Of a DNA stretch of 64,000 nucleotides, positions 11,761-22,384 are shown piece after piece (within the stretch, counting starts at the first letter, position 1; each line of letters opens with the position of its first letter). The DNA comes from an uncultured Chloroflexia bacterium (GTDB lineage: Bacteria > Chloroflexota > Limnocylindria > Limnocylindrales > CSP1-4), in contig CAVVNQ010000003.1 of assembly GCA_963749705.1 (NCBI GenBank), forward strand, positions 512,001 to 576,000, given 5' to 3'. The notes under the pieces are model-generated. The model was not told the DNA's origin, searched no databases, and saw only the letters and a program-made list of their open reading frames with translations. The position numbers and the translations under genes are program-made.

Positions 11761-11776
11761 CGTGACCTGTGTCACG
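11761..11776. promoter_or_regulatory. CRP/FNR-family-like operator CGTGA-N6-TCACG
   Basis: Perfect inverted half-sites with 6-nt spacing, about 70 bp upstream of the lipoprotein ATG at 11848. Confidence 0.45.
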
Positions 11777-11847
11777 AGGGCTGAACCCGCTCGCCGGGCT
11801 AGGCTGGGACATCGTCCGTTGCCGCCAGGGCCGAGCCAAGGAGATCG

Positions 11848-12513
11848 ATGGTGCACCGCCGCGTCCTCGCGGTCGCGATGACCCTGTTCGTCGCCGCCTG
11901 CGGATCGAGCGCTCCACCCGCAGCCACCGGGCCGGTATCCTCACCGCTCCCCGCCGGCACCTACACGTCCGCCGCGTTCCAGCCACCGGTCACGTTCACC
12001 GTGCCCGAGGGATGGGAGCTCGGGACCGACACGGCCGGGTACCTCGAGCTCCACCCCGCCGGCTCCGACCTCGTCGGGATCCACCTGTTCCGCGATGCCG
12101 TTGCGGCATCGCAGGATCCGGCCTGTCCGACGGCAGCCGAACCCGGGATCGGGACCACGTCCACGGACCTCGTGCTGTGGATGCGTAGCCTGGCCGGGCT
12201 GACGGTCAGCACGCCCGCGATGACGACCATCGGCGGCCTCCGTGGCACGTCGCTCGACATCGGGATCGCCCCCGGCTGGGCGAGCTCATGCCCGTTCGCG
12301 AACGGGCTGCCCACCGTGGCGTTGCTCGTCGGCGAGGCGAGCGGCCTGCGCTGGGTCGTCGCGGGCAATGAGCGGCTTCGGCTGCACATCCTCGACCTGC
12401 CCGGCGGCGGCACGGTGATCGTCGATGTCGACGCGTTCGACGGGACGCTGATGGACTCGCTCCTCAGCGCCGCCTCACCCGTCGTCAAGAGCCTCGAGTT
12501 CCAGGCGGGCTGA
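11848..12513 (+). CDS. Putative lipoprotein
   Basis: Signal peptide with lipobox FVAAC; AAGGAG RBS. Confidence 0.75.
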   Translation: MVHRRVLAVAMTLFVAACGSSAPPAATGPVSSPLPAGTYTSAAFQPPVTFTVPEGWELGTDTAGYLELHPAGSDLVGIHLFRDAVAASQDPACPTAAEPGIGTTSTDLVLWMRSLAGLTVSTPAMTTIGGLRGTSLDIGIAPGWASSCPFANGLPTVALLVGEASGLRWVVAGNERLRLHILDLPGGGTVIVDVDAFDGTLMDSLLSAASPVVKSLEFQAG

Positions 12514-12545
12514 TCGCCCGTCCGCCACGCGCGGATAATCCGCCG

Positions 12546-13301
12546 ATGACGCGGCCACGCGCACGCCGTTCCGGGTCCGGGCAGCAGGCCTCCGCGACGC
12601 CGCGGATCCTGGCGCTGATCCCCGCCCACGATGAGGCTCCGCGCATCGGACCGGTGATCACGGTCGCCCGACGCCACCTGCCGGTGCTGGTGGTGGATGA
12701 CGGCTCCGCCGATGACACCGCGGCCGTCGCCGAGGCTGCCGGCGCGACGGTCCTCCGCCAGCGGCCGAACCAGGGCAAGGGGGCCGCGTTGCGGGCCGGG
12801 TTCCGGCGTGCCCTCGACGATGGGTGGGACGCGGTGGTCACGCTCGACGCGGACGGCCAGCACGCGCCGGCCGAGATCCCGCGCCTGGTCACGAGGTTCA
12901 CCGAGCCCGTGGTGCCCGGACCTCGGCCGGAGCTGGTCATCGGCTGCCGCGACTTCGCGCAGATGCCCCTCGTGCGACGGCTGTCGAACACGCTGGGCGG
13001 CATGCTGTTCTCGTGGGCCGTCGGTCGCCGGATCCCGGACAACCAGTCGGGCTACCGGCTGGTCGGGCGGCGCCTGATGACCGAGATGGTCGGCAGCCGC
13101 GAGGCCGGCTTCGAGCTCGAGGTCGAGATGATCGCCGTCTGCCTCCGGCTGGGCTGGACCCTGGACTGGGCGCCGATCTCCACCATCTACACGGGCGGTC
13201 CGACCCACGTGCGCCCCCTGGCCCACCTTCGACACTTCGTGCGCGCGACCCGGGCGGCGCGCCGGATGGTGCGCGAAGGCCGCCGCACGACGGATCCGTA
13301 A
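12546..13301 (+). CDS. Glycosyltransferase family 2 (polyprenol-phosphate glycosyltransferase-like)
   Basis: LIPAHDE, VVDDGSAD, NQGKGAA, TLDADGQH and DNQSGYR. Confidence 0.9.
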   Translation: MTRPRARRSGSGQQASATPRILALIPAHDEAPRIGPVITVARRHLPVLVVDDGSADDTAAVAEAAGATVLRQRPNQGKGAALRAGFRRALDDGWDAVVTLDADGQHAPAEIPRLVTRFTEPVVPGPRPELVIGCRDFAQMPLVRRLSNTLGGMLFSWAVGRRIPDNQSGYRLVGRRLMTEMVGSREAGFELEVEMIAVCLRLGWTLDWAPISTIYTGGPTHVRPLAHLRHFVRATRAARRMVREGRRTTDP

Positions 13302-13404
13302 GGCAACTTCACCCCACGTCCACCCGCAATGAAGGCCGAGGCGTCATGCTGAAGTCCGCGCCGGCCGTATCGGCGCGCGCGCCACACCGCCCAAATGGAC
13401 CCGA

Positions 13405-14799
13405 ATGACCGAACCCGGACCCGATCCGCAACACGATCCCACCGAGCCCGCCACCCCGGCTACGCCGGCCGTCACCAATGCTGCCCCGGAGCCCACGCCC
13501 GCTGCCGGCCCTCCGCCGCCGCCGTTCGTGCCGCCGTCCCGGCTCGGAACGCGACGGACGACCACATGGATCGCGGCCTTCCTGGCGCCCGTGCTGGCCG
13601 TTTCCCTGTTCCTCGCAGGTGCCGGAGCGGAACGGTCAGGCTGGTTCGGCGACTCCGGTACTGTCGCGCCCACCGCATCGCCGTCCGGCAGCGCTGCCGA
13701 GCTCGCGCTGATCGAGGAGGCATGGCGCGACCTCCACGAGCATTACGTGGACGCCAGGAACCTCGATGACCAGGCCCTCGCCTACGCTGCGATCAGCGGC
13801 ATGACCCAGGCGGTCGGCGACGTGGGACACACCTCGTTCCTCACCGCCGCTGAGGCAAAGGCGTCGGACCAGTCGCTGTCGGGCACGTTCGTGGGGATCG
13901 GCGTCCGGGTGAGCGGGGAGACGGGCGCCGTCACGATCGCGTCGATCATCCCCGGCACGCCGGCGGCCGACTCGGGCCTCCGGCGCGGCGACCGGATCGT
14001 GGCCGTGGACGGGAAGTCGACCGAGGGAGAGACGGTCGACCAGGTCGTCACCCGCGTGCGAGGGCCCGAGGGCGAGGCCGTCACGCTCACGATCGCCCGG
14101 GCAGGGATCCCGAACTTCGACCTCACGATCACGCGCCGCAAGTTCGACCTTCCCCTGGTGAGCTGGGCGATGGCGCCCGGGACGACCGTTGCCGTGATCC
14201 GGCTCGACCAGTTCGCCACCGGCGCCACCAAGGGCATCCAGGACGCGATCACGAAGGCCAAAGCGGCGGGTGCCACCGCGCTGGTCCTCGACCTGCGCGG
14301 CAATCCGGGCGGCTACGTCAGCGAGGCGATCGGGGTGACCAGCCAGTTCGTGGGTGACGGGATCGTCTACCGGGCGATCGACGCGAGCGGCAAGGAGAAG
14401 GACTCGCCCGTCGAACCGGGCGGTCTCGCCACGCATATCCCCCTCGTCGTACTGGCCGACGGCGGCACGGCCAGCGCGGCCGAGATCGTGACCGGGGCGA
14501 TCCAGGATGCCGGCCGGGGCAAGGTCGTGGGCGAGAAGACGTTCGGGACCGGGACCGTCCTCGGGCGGTTCGACCTCGCGGACGGCTCGGCGCTGCGGAT
14601 CGGCGTCGAGCGCTGGCTCACGCGGGCGGGTCGACCGATCTGGCACGAGGGCCTGGTTCCGGATGTGACGGTCGCCCTGGCCGCCGATGCCCAGCCCGTC
14701 GGGCCGGACGAGCTCCGGGACATGACGCCAGCGCAGCTCGCGGCGTCGGGCGACACACAGCTGCGCAAGGCGCTCCAGCTGGCCGAGGGCGAGGGCTGA
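13405..14799 (+). CDS. S41-family C-terminal processing peptidase with PDZ domain
   Basis: N-terminal TM segment, GIG PDZ motif, DLRGNPGG, TASAAE and GEKTFGTG. Confidence 0.9.
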   Translation: MTEPGPDPQHDPTEPATPATPAVTNAAPEPTPAAGPPPPPFVPPSRLGTRRTTTWIAAFLAPVLAVSLFLAGAGAERSGWFGDSGTVAPTASPSGSAAELALIEEAWRDLHEHYVDARNLDDQALAYAAISGMTQAVGDVGHTSFLTAAEAKASDQSLSGTFVGIGVRVSGETGAVTIASIIPGTPAADSGLRRGDRIVAVDGKSTEGETVDQVVTRVRGPEGEAVTLTIARAGIPNFDLTITRRKFDLPLVSWAMAPGTTVAVIRLDQFATGATKGIQDAITKAKAAGATALVLDLRGNPGGYVSEAIGVTSQFVGDGIVYRAIDASGKEKDSPVEPGGLATHIPLVVLADGGTASAAEIVTGAIQDAGRGKVVGEKTFGTGTVLGRFDLADGSALRIGVERWLTRAGRPIWHEGLVPDVTVALAADAQPVGPDELRDMTPAQLAASGDTQLRKALQLAEGEG

Positions 14800-14815
14800 C
14801 GCCCGACTGAATCAG

Positions 14816-14842
14816 AACGACCGCCGGGATCCGGCGGTCGTT
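14816..14842. terminator. Bidirectional terminator-like hairpin
   Basis: AACGACCGCCGG-GAT-CCGGCGGTCGTT, a perfect 12-bp stem between convergent genes. Confidence 0.7.
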
Positions 14843-14877
14843 GGTTGACGCGGGGTTCTGGGTGCGCAGCCGAACGG

Positions 14878-15087
14878 TCAGCCGCGCTCGAGCCGGGACG
14901 CCGCCACGTGGCGGCTCCAGTCACTCGTCCGTCCATCGGGCGATGCCGAGCTTCCGACCCAGCCGCAGACGCAGGTGACTTCCTGGCTGCGATGGCGATA
15001 CTCGGCGATCACGTGCTTGCGCTCATCGGCCGGCGGAGCCGGTCGTCGAGGGGGCAGCCCCGTAGCGGGACGTGTGACGTCGGCCAT
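14878..15087 (-). CDS. Small hypothetical protein, possible Zn-binding (CxCGW...H)
   Basis: 69-aa ORF starting 5 nt after the zinc-ribbon gene; VTCVCGW...WSRHV. Confidence 0.55.
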   Translation of the reverse strand: MADVTRPATGLPPRRPAPPADERKHVIAEYRHRSQEVTCVCGWVGSSASPDGRTSDWSRHVAASRLERG

Positions 15088-15092
15088 GAAGC

Positions 15093-15479
15093 TCAGGCCC
15101 GGCGCTGGGCGAAGCAGGAGCTGCAGTAGACCGGCTTGCCCGAGGTCGGCCGGAACGGCACCTCGGTCTCCTGCCCGCAGGACGAGCAGGTTGCGGGGAA
15201 CATCTCGCGCGGGCCGCGGCTGCCGCCGCCGCGCGAGCCGTAGCCGCCACCGCCACCGGAGCCGTAGCCACCGGAGCTGTAGCCACCGCCGGCGCTGTAG
15301 CCGCCGCCGGCGCTGTAGCCGCCGCCGTCCGCGTTGCGGGCAGCCTTGCGGCTGGCGCGACAGGACGGGCAGCGACGCGGCTCCGTGAAGCCACGCTCGG
15401 CATAGAAATCCTGCTCGCTGGCAGTGAAGGTAAAGGCCTGGCTGCAGTCAGCACAGGTGAGCGTCTTATCGACGTTCAT
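15093..15479 (-). CDS. Zinc-ribbon (zf-trcl type) plus CxxC-x17-CxxC domain protein with a Gly/Tyr-rich linker
   Basis: DKTLTCADC...FTASEQDFY..RGF.EPRRCPSCR, GGGYSA repeats, and REMFPATCSSCG..TEVPFRP..GKPVYCSSCF. Confidence 0.88.
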   Translation of the reverse strand: MNVDKTLTCADCSQAFTFTASEQDFYAERGFTEPRRCPSCRASRKAARNADGGGYSAGGGYSAGGGYSSGGYGSGGGGGYGSRGGGSRGPREMFPATCSSCGQETEVPFRPTSGKPVYCSSCFAQRRA

Positions 15480-15594
15480 CGAGATCCACATCCTCGTGGT
15501 TTGCGACGGTTTCCGCGATCTTCCTCGGCGGAATCCGGGAGGGAGTGGATCGAGTCGGCCGTACTAGGCTCGCCCTACGGTGGGGCGTCGAACG

Positions 15595-15623
15595 AGCATA
15601 CGCCATAAATGCCCCCCCGCCAA
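15595..15623 (-). promoter_or_regulatory. Sigma70-type promoter of the zinc-ribbon gene
   Basis: Minus strand TTGGCG-17 nt-TATGCT, implying a leader of about 110 nt. Confidence 0.6.
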
Positions 15624-15673
15624 GGTATGGATTTCCGCCCGCGAGCGTCGCCCGGGGGCCTGGCCGGGCGCGG

Positions 15674-16021
15674 TCAGCGCTTCGCGGGCAGCGACGCCGC
15701 GAACGCGATCGCGCGGGAGACCCAGGTGTCGAGCGCGGCGTCGTCATGGATCATGTCCGGCGGCAGCGTCGCGTAGCCGGTCATCGTGCGGCCCGGCATC
15801 GGGCTGAACGGCTTCGCGCCGGGCAGCTCGAGCACCGCCTCGAGGTCTTCAGGGCCGAGGCGGACCGTCCAGGCGTCGGCGAACAGGTTGGTCGCGAGAT
15901 TGCCGCCCACGAACAGGGCCGGGTAGCCGAACATCTTCCGGCGCTGGGCCTGGCCGAACCTGCCCGCGACCTCGTCGAAGCGGGCGATGAGCTCCGGTGG
16001 CGACTTCTCGAACGACGGCAT
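15674..16021 (-). CDS. TfoX/Sxy N-terminal domain protein
   Basis: RKMFGYPALFVGGN...PF.PMPGR.MTGY...W; AGGAGG RBS. Confidence 0.82.
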   Translation of the reverse strand: MPSFEKSPPELIARFDEVAGRFGQAQRRKMFGYPALFVGGNLATNLFADAWTVRLGPEDLEAVLELPGAKPFSPMPGRTMTGYATLPPDMIHDDAALDTWVSRAIAFAASLPAKR

Positions 16022-16099
16022 GGTGGTCGCCTCCTGCGCGACGGCACGCTGGATCGCGGTTGTATCGCTGGAGGATACGCGCCCGACCGCGGGCCCCGG

Positions 16100-19000
16100 T
16101 CAGCCGGCCGGCTCGTCCGCCAGGTTCTGGCCCAGCCACCGAGCCGCCTCGTCGACGTCCATGCCGGCGCGCCGGGCGTAGTCCTCGAGCTGGTCGTGCC
16201 CGATCCGCCCGATGCCGAAGTAGCGGCTCTCGGGATGCCACAGGTAGATGCCCGACACGGCGGCCGTCGGCAGCATCGCGTACGACTCGGTCAGGCGAAT
16301 GCCCGCGCGTGCCTCTGCCTCGAGCAGCGCGAACAGCGCCCCCTTCGTCGTGTGGTCCGGGGTGGCCGGATACCCCGGGGCGGGCCGGATCCCCTGGTAT
16401 CGCTGCGCGATCAGCCCGTCGTTGTCGAGCCGCTCGTCGGGCGCGTATCCCCACAGCTCGCGGCGGACCCGCTCGTGGAGCCGCTCGGCGAACGCCTCGG
16501 CCAGACGGTCCGCGAGCGCCTTGGCCAGGATCGCGCTGTAGTCATCGTGCGCGGCCTCGTGCTCCCGGACGATGTCGTCAAGGCCGTGCCCCGCGGTCAC
16601 CGCGAACGCCCCCAGATGGTCCGCCACCCCGGCCGGACCGACGAAGTCCGCGACCGACAGGTTGGGTCGGGCGTCCGTCCGGGCCATCTGCTGGCGGAGC
16701 GCATGGAGGCGCGCGAGCTCGGTCGCCCGCGTCTCGTCCGCCCAGATGACGATGTCGTCCTCGGGGGTCGAGTTCGCCGGCCAGAAGCCCACCACGGCGG
16801 ACGCCGACAGCCGGCCCTCGTCGACGATCCTGCGCAGCATGGCCGTCGCGTCGTCGTGGAGCGAGCGCGCCGCGCCGCCGAACCGTGGGTCGTCGAGGAT
16901 CGCCGGATAGGCGCCGCGAAGCTCCCAGGTGGCGAAGAACGGCGTCCAGTCGATCCGCTCCACGAGCTCCGCGAGCGGGTAATGGTCGAGCGTCCGGACG
17001 CCGAGGAACGACGGCATCGGCGGTGGCGTCGACCAGTCGGCCTGCAGCCGGTTGGCACGGGCCTCGGCGATCGAAAGGCGGGTCTCCCGTGCGCGACGGC
17101 CTTCGCGCTCGCGGCGAACGGTCTCGTACTCCTCGCGGACGCCCGCGGCATACGCCTCCCGCCGTGCCGGGTCCATCAGGGCGCCCGCGACGCCCACCGC
17201 GCGCGAGGCATCGACGACATGCACGACGGGTGCCGAGTACCCGGGCTCGACCTTGACCGCGGTATGGACGCGCGAGGTCGTGGCGCCGCCGATCAGGAGC
17301 GGCGTGCGCATGCCCTCGCGCTCCATCATCGATGCCACGTGGACCATCTCGTCCAGCGAGGGCGTGATCAGCCCCGACAGCCCGATCAGGTCCGCCCCCA
17401 CCTCGCGCGCGGTCTCCAGGATCCGCGCCGCGGGCACCATCACGCCAAGGTCGATGACCTCGAAGTCGTTGCAGCCGAGCACGACGCCCACGATGTTCTT
17501 GCCGATGTCGTGCACGTCACCCTTGACCGTGGCCATCACGATCGTGCCCGCGCGACGTCCCGTTCCCTCGCGCTCGGCCTCGAGGTACGGGATGAGGTGA
17601 GCCACGGCCTTCTTCATCACCCGGGCGCTCTTGACGACCTGGGGCAGGAACATCCGGCCGGCGCCGAACCGGTCGCCGACCACGTTCATGCCGGCCATCA
17701 GCGGGCCCTCGATGACGTCGAGCGGGCGGCTCGTCAGCTGGCGCGCCTCCTCGGTGTCCTCGACGATGAACGCGTCGATGCCCTCGACGAGGGCGTGGGT
17801 GAGTCGCTCGTTGACCGGCAGCTCGCGCCATTCCAGGTTGTCGGCCACGCGCGCCTGCCCGCCCGCAGCCGCGTACCGGGGGGCGATCTCGAGCAGCCGT
17901 TCCGTGGCATCCGGCCGGCGGTCCTGGACCACGTCCTCGACCCGCTCCAGCAGGTCCGGGTCGATGTCGTCGTACAGCGGCAGCGCGCCCGCGTTGACGA
18001 TCCCCATGTCCATCCCGGCCCGGATCGCGTGGTACAGGAACACGGCGTGGATCGCCTCGCGTACGCGGTCGTTGCCGCGGAACGCGAACGACACGTTGGA
18101 CACACCGCCGCTGATCCGCGCGTGGGGCAGCGACGCCTTGAGCCGCCGGACCGCCTCGAAGTAGGCGACGGCATACCGCGCGTGCTCCTCGATCCCGGTC
18201 GCGATCGCGAAGATGTTGGGATCGAGGATGACGTCCTCGGGCGCAAAGCCCGCCCGTTCGGTCAGCAGGCGGTAGGCGCGGGTCAGGATCTCGACCTTGC
18301 GCTCCGTCGTGTCCCCCTGGCCCTGCTCGTCGAACGCCATCACGACCACCGCGGCGCCATACCGGTGGCACAGCGACGCCTGGCGCAGGAACTCCGGCTC
18401 ACCCTCCTTGAGCGAGATCGAGTTGACAACGCCTTTGCCCTGGAGCTGGCGCAGCCCGGCCTCGATGATCGACCAGCGCGAGCTGTCGACCATGACCGGG
18501 ACCGCGGCAATGTCGGGTTCGCTGCCCAGCCGGCGGAGGAAGCGCGTCATCGCCGCGACGCCGTCGAGCATCGCCTCGTCCATGTTGACGTCGAGCATCA
18601 CCGCGCCGTTGGCCACCTGGTCACGCGCGATCGCGACCGCCTCGTCCTCGGCGTCGCGTCCGGCGGCCATGAGCCGCGCGAACTTGCGCGAGCCGGTCAC
18701 GTTGGTCCGTTCGCCGACGTTGACGAACACGCCGCCCGGCATCGGGATCGTCAGCGGCTCGAGGCCGGCGAGCCGGGTCTCGTGCGTGCGCTCGGGGATG
18801 ACCCTGGGCGGAACCCCGGCGACCGCCGCGGCGATCGCCGCCACGTGCTCCGGCGTCGTCCCGCAGCAGCCACCGGCGACGTTGAGCAGCCCTGCCCTCG
18901 CCCACGCGCCCAGCTCGGCGGCCGTCTGGTCAGGCGTCTCGTCGTAGCCGCCCAGCTCGTTGGGCAGGCCGGCGTTGGGATAGGCCGACAGGGCGATCGG

Positions 19001-19828
19001 CGCAAGCCGCCCCAGCTCCTCGACGTGCTCGCGCAGCTGCCTCGCGCCCAGGGCGCAGTTGAGGCCGACCAGCAGCGGGTCCGCGTGGCGCACGCTGTTC
19101 CAGAACGCGGCGACCGTCTGGCCCGACAGGGTCCTGCCCGACGCGTCCACGATCGTTCCCGAGATGATCACCGGCAGCCGCAGGCCCAGCGCCTCGAACG
19201 CGTCCTCGATCGCGAAGATCGCGGCCTTGGCGTTGAGCGTGTCGAAGATCGTCTCGACCAGCAGCAGGTCCGCCCCGCCGGCGATCAGGCCGTCGGCCGA
19301 TTCGCGGTAGGCGGCCGCCAGCTCCTCGAACGAGACGTTGCGGGCGGCCGGGTCGTTGACGTCGGGGGAGATGGACGCGGTCCGGTTGGTCGGTCCGAGC
19401 GAGCCGGCGACGTACCGCGGCCGGCCGTCGCGTGCCTCCGCGGCATCGGCCGCCTCGCGCGCCAGCCGGGCGGCGGTCTCGTTCATCTCCCGGGCGACGT
19501 CCTCCAGGCCATAGTCGGCCTGCGCGATCCGGGTGGCCGTGAACGTGTTGGTGCTGATGATGTCCGAGCCCGCGTCAAGGTACCCGGCATGGACCGCCCG
19601 GACGGCATCGGGCCGCGTGATCGACAGCAGGTCGTTGTCGCCCCGCACGTCGCGCGGATGGCTCGCGAAGCGGGCACCACGGAAGTCCTGCTCCGAGAAC
19701 CGGTGTCGCTGGAGCATCGTGCCCATGGCGCCGTCGAGGACCAGGATGCGCTGGCGGAGGATGCCCGGCAGCAGCTCGAGCCGCGAGGCGCGGGTGAGCG
19801 GCGGCGGAGCTGCGACGTTGGCCGGCAT
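16100..19828 (-). CDS. metH: B12-dependent methionine synthase
   Basis: LDGAMGT, GLNCALG, GGCCGT, GERTN pterin domain, [11 protein letters not shown] cobalamin motif, and AdoMet activation domain [10 protein letters not shown]. Confidence 0.97.
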   Translation of the reverse strand: MPANVAAPPPLTRASRLELLPGILRQRILVLDGAMGTMLQRHRFSEQDFRGARFASHPRDVRGDNDLLSITRPDAVRAVHAGYLDAGSDIISTNTFTATRIAQADYGLEDVAREMNETAARLAREAADAAEARDGRPRYVAGSLGPTNRTASISPDVNDPAARNVSFEELAAAYRESADGLIAGGADLLLVETIFDTLNAKAAIFAIEDAFEALGLRLPVIISGTIVDASGRTLSGQTVAAFWNSVRHADPLLVGLNCALGARQLREHVEELGRLAPIALSAYPNAGLPNELGGYDETPDQTAAELGAWARAGLLNVAGGCCGTTPEHVAAIAAAVAGVPPRVIPERTHETRLAGLEPLTIPMPGGVFVNVGERTNVTGSRKFARLMAAGRDAEDEAVAIARDQVANGAVMLDVNMDEAMLDGVAAMTRFLRRLGSEPDIAAVPVMVDSSRWSIIEAGLRQLQGKGVVNSISLKEGEPEFLRQASLCHRYGAAVVVMAFDEQGQGDTTERKVEILTRAYRLLTERAGFAPEDVILDPNIFAIATGIEEHARYAVAYFEAVRRLKASLPHARISGGVSNVSFAFRGNDRVREAIHAVFLYHAIRAGMDMGIVNAGALPLYDDIDPDLLERVEDVVQDRRPDATERLLEIAPRYAAAGGQARVADNLEWRELPVNERLTHALVEGIDAFIVEDTEEARQLTSRPLDVIEGPLMAGMNVVGDRFGAGRMFLPQVVKSARVMKKAVAHLIPYLEAEREGTGRRAGTIVMATVKGDVHDIGKNIVGVVLGCNDFEVIDLGVMVPAARILETAREVGADLIGLSGLITPSLDEMVHVASMMEREGMRTPLLIGGATTSRVHTAVKVEPGYSAPVVHVVDASRAVGVAGALMDPARREAYAAGVREEYETVRREREGRRARETRLSIAEARANRLQADWSTPPPMPSFLGVRTLDHYPLAELVERIDWTPFFATWELRGAYPAILDDPRFGGAARSLHDDATAMLRRIVDEGRLSASAVVGFWPANSTPEDDIVIWADETRATELARLHALRQQMARTDARPNLSVADFVGPAGVADHLGAFAVTAGHGLDDIVREHEAAHDDYSAILAKALADRLAEAFAERLHERVRRELWGYAPDERLDNDGLIAQRYQGIRPAPGYPATPDHTTKGALFALLEAEARAGIRLTESYAMLPTAAVSGIYLWHPESRYFGIGRIGHDQLEDYARRAGMDVDEAARWLGQNLADEPAG

Positions 19829-20025
19829 CAGGCGACCAATCTACCCCCACGGCATCGGCGTCATGGCCCGCCGGCAGGCGATGGCGGTCTCATCCGCCGC
19901 GTCAGCGCAACGGAATCGACGGGCGGCTGACATCATGACCGGAGACGACGCGACCAGTCGTGTGCCGCGCCGTTCGGCGCCCGATCCCGTCCCGCCGGCG
20001 TCGCATCCGCGAAGGAGATCGAGAC

Positions 20026-21249
20026 ATGCGGATCCTGGTGATCGGCGCCGGTGGCGTGGGCAGCGCCGCCGTCGGCATCGCGGCCCGACGCGAGTTCTTC
20101 GAGCACATGGTGGTCGCCGACTACGATCCCGCCCGGGTCGAGCACGCCCTGGCCCAGGTCGCCGGCGACGGCCGCTTCTCCGGCGCGCAGGCCGACGCGT
20201 CGGATGTCGAGGCGATGGTCGCCCTGATCCGCGAGCACCGGATCAGCCATGTCCTCAATGCCGTGGACCCGCGCTTCGTGATGCCGATCTTCGACGCCAC
20301 GTTTGCGGCGGGCATCGACTACATGGACATGGCGATGTCGCTGTCGCGCCCGCATCCCGATCGTCCATACGCCGAAAGCGGCGAGAAGCTGGGCGATGCG
20401 CAGTTCGCGAAGGCGTCGGCGTGGGAGGCCGCAGGCCGGCTGGCCCTCGTCGGGATGGGGGTCGAACCCGGCCTGTCCGACGTGTTCGCCCGCTATGCCG
20501 CCGATCACCTGTTCTCGGCCATCGACGAGGTCGGCATCCGGGACGGCGCCAACCTGACCGTCGACGGCTACGAGTTCGCGCCGTCGTTCTCGATCTGGAC
20601 GACGATCGAGGAGTGCCTCAACCCGCCGGTCATCTGGGACAAGGACCGCGGCTGGTACACGACGCCGCCGTTCAGCGAGCCGGAGGTGTTCGAGTTCCCG
20701 GAGGGCATCGGCCCGGTCGAGTGCGTCAACGTCGAGCACGAGGAGGTCCTGCTGGTCCCGCGCTGGGTGGACGCGAAGCGGGTGACGTTCAAGTACGGCC
20801 TCGGTGACGAGTTCATCGAGGTGCTGCGGGTGCTCCACAAGCTGGGTCTCGACAGCACCGCACCGGTGCGGGTCCGGGGCGCCGAGGTCTCGCCCCGGGA
20901 CGTGGTTGCCGCCTGCCTCCCGGATCCGGCCGGGCTGGGCGACCGGATGCACGGCAAGACCTGTGCGGGAACGTGGGTCACGGGCCGCGGCAAGGACGGC
21001 CGCCCGCGCGCCGTCTACCTGTATCACGTGGTGGACAACGGCTGGTCGATGGCCGAGTACGGATCGCAGGCCGTGGTCTGGCAGACCGCGATCAACCCGA
21101 TCGTCGCGCTCGAGCTGCTGGCGCGCGGGACGTGGAGCGGGACGGGCGTGCTCGGCCCGGAGGCGTTCGATGCGATGCCATTCCTGGAGCTGCTGACGGG
21201 GTACGGCTCGCCCTGGGGCATGCGCGAGGAGGCGCCGCCCGCCGGCTGA
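20026..21249 (+). CDS. Saccharopine dehydrogenase / carboxy(nor)spermidine dehydrogenase family protein
   Basis: IGAGGVG Rossmann motif, YMDMA, GMGVEPG, FSIWTTIEEC and HEEV; AAGGAG RBS. Confidence 0.85.
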   Translation: MRILVIGAGGVGSAAVGIAARREFFEHMVVADYDPARVEHALAQVAGDGRFSGAQADASDVEAMVALIREHRISHVLNAVDPRFVMPIFDATFAAGIDYMDMAMSLSRPHPDRPYAESGEKLGDAQFAKASAWEAAGRLALVGMGVEPGLSDVFARYAADHLFSAIDEVGIRDGANLTVDGYEFAPSFSIWTTIEECLNPPVIWDKDRGWYTTPPFSEPEVFEFPEGIGPVECVNVEHEEVLLVPRWVDAKRVTFKYGLGDEFIEVLRVLHKLGLDSTAPVRVRGAEVSPRDVVAACLPDPAGLGDRMHGKTCAGTWVTGRGKDGRPRAVYLYHVVDNGWSMAEYGSQAVVWQTAINPIVALELLARGTWSGTGVLGPEAFDAMPFLELLTGYGSPWGMREEAPPAG

Positions 21250-21312
21250 TCATCGCTCCTGGCTCGCGTCGCCGTCGCGGTCACGCGGGCCCGGCTGTCT
21301 GCCGGCGCCCTC

Positions 21313-22293
21313 TCAGATCCGGTCGATCCGCCGAGCCGACAGGCGGGGGCCGTACCGTGGTGCGCGGATCCCCGACAGCTCCAGCAGCCGGAGCACGCGC
21401 CCACGCTGCCCGCGGTACGGCTCGAGCAGCTCGAGCATCCGTTCGTCCGTCCCCCTGGGCTCGCGGGCCAGCGCCCAGGCGACGAGGTTGGGCAGGTGGA
21501 AGTCGCCGACGCTCACGGCATCCGGGTCGCCGAGCGCCCGGATGCCCACCTCGGCCGCCGTCCACGGGCCGATGCCGCTGAACGACCGGAGGGCCTCGTA
21601 CAGCCGGGCTGGCTCGCCGTCCGGCCCGGCGGCCTCCGCGGCCAGCCGCTCGAGCCGCGGCGCCTCGCGCGCCACTGCACGGATCAGCTCTGCGCGCCGG
21701 CGCTCGATGCCCAGCGGGTGATACGCGTGGTAGGGCAGGGCAGCCAGCGTCTCCGCCGCCGGCTGGAGCCGGAGAGCGGCGGAGCCGGGTGCCGGCTCGC
21801 CGAGCACCCGGATCATGGTCCGGTATGCGTGGCGGGCCTCGGCGCCCGTGACCTTCTGCTCCAGGATCGCGGGCACCAGCGCCTCGAGCAGCGCGCCCGT
21901 TCGGCCGATGCGCAGCCCGCGAAGGCGATGGGCCGCGCCGGCGACGACGGGATCCTGCGGAACCAGCGCCGACGGCTCGTCGTCGAGGCCGATCAGTGAC
22001 TCGATCCCTGCGACCGCCGTCTGCGCCCCGGGACCCCAGGCATGCACGACGAGCCCGTCCCGAGCGGGCTGGAGCAGGACCGTCGCCGGCCCGGCCGTGG
22101 TCCGTGTCGCCCGCCAGACGCGACCGCCGGGCTCGAATCGCCAGGCAGGATCGCCCGCGCCCCGGAGGTGGAGCCCCAGCGTCAGGCGGAGGTGGATCTG
22201 GACGTCGAACCGAACGTGGCGCTCGGCGTCCGGGGCGTTCGCCGCGGCCCCATCGACCGCGACGCGGGCTGCGCTGCTGCTCGGGTTCGTCAC
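21313..22293 (-). CDS. DNA-3-methyladenine glycosylase II (AlkA/HhH-GPD family)
   Basis: ILEQKV, HhH motif GIGPWTAAEV, and VSVGD. Confidence 0.85.
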   Translation of the reverse strand: MTNPSSSAARVAVDGAAANAPDAERHVRFDVQIHLRLTLGLHLRGAGDPAWRFEPGGRVWRATRTTAGPATVLLQPARDGLVVHAWGPGAQTAVAGIESLIGLDDEPSALVPQDPVVAGAAHRLRGLRIGRTGALLEALVPAILEQKVTGAEARHAYRTMIRVLGEPAPGSAALRLQPAAETLAALPYHAYHPLGIERRRAELIRAVAREAPRLERLAAEAAGPDGEPARLYEALRSFSGIGPWTAAEVGIRALGDPDAVSVGDFHLPNLVAWALAREPRGTDERMLELLEPYRGQRGRVLRLLELSGIRAPRYGPRLSARRIDRI

Positions 22294-22384
22294 CCGTGCA
22301 GGCTACCGCCGGCACGACGATCGGCTGCACCAGGTGGGCGGCCGCGTGCACAAGTTGACATCTCCGGGTAGGCTGCGACCAGAC

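Noticed and set aside
15545-19930. 1461-aa + strand ORF, and similar long ORFs such as 37973..40237, 51448..53610 and 57459..59888
   Set aside because: These are antisense shadows of real genes (metH, ImcH-like cytochrome, kinases). They are Arg/Gly/Pro-rich, have no motifs, and are typical of high-GC DNA.
19829-20025. Possible SAM or cobalamin riboswitch upstream of metH (also checked before mmuM)
   Set aside because: No recognisable consensus was found, and -10-like boxes lie just before the start codons, leaving no room for a leader.
22355-22374. Perfect TTGACA -35 box before the RlpA-like gene
   Set aside because: Its spacing to the TAGGCT -10-like box is only 8 nt, so the two do not form a canonical promoter pair.
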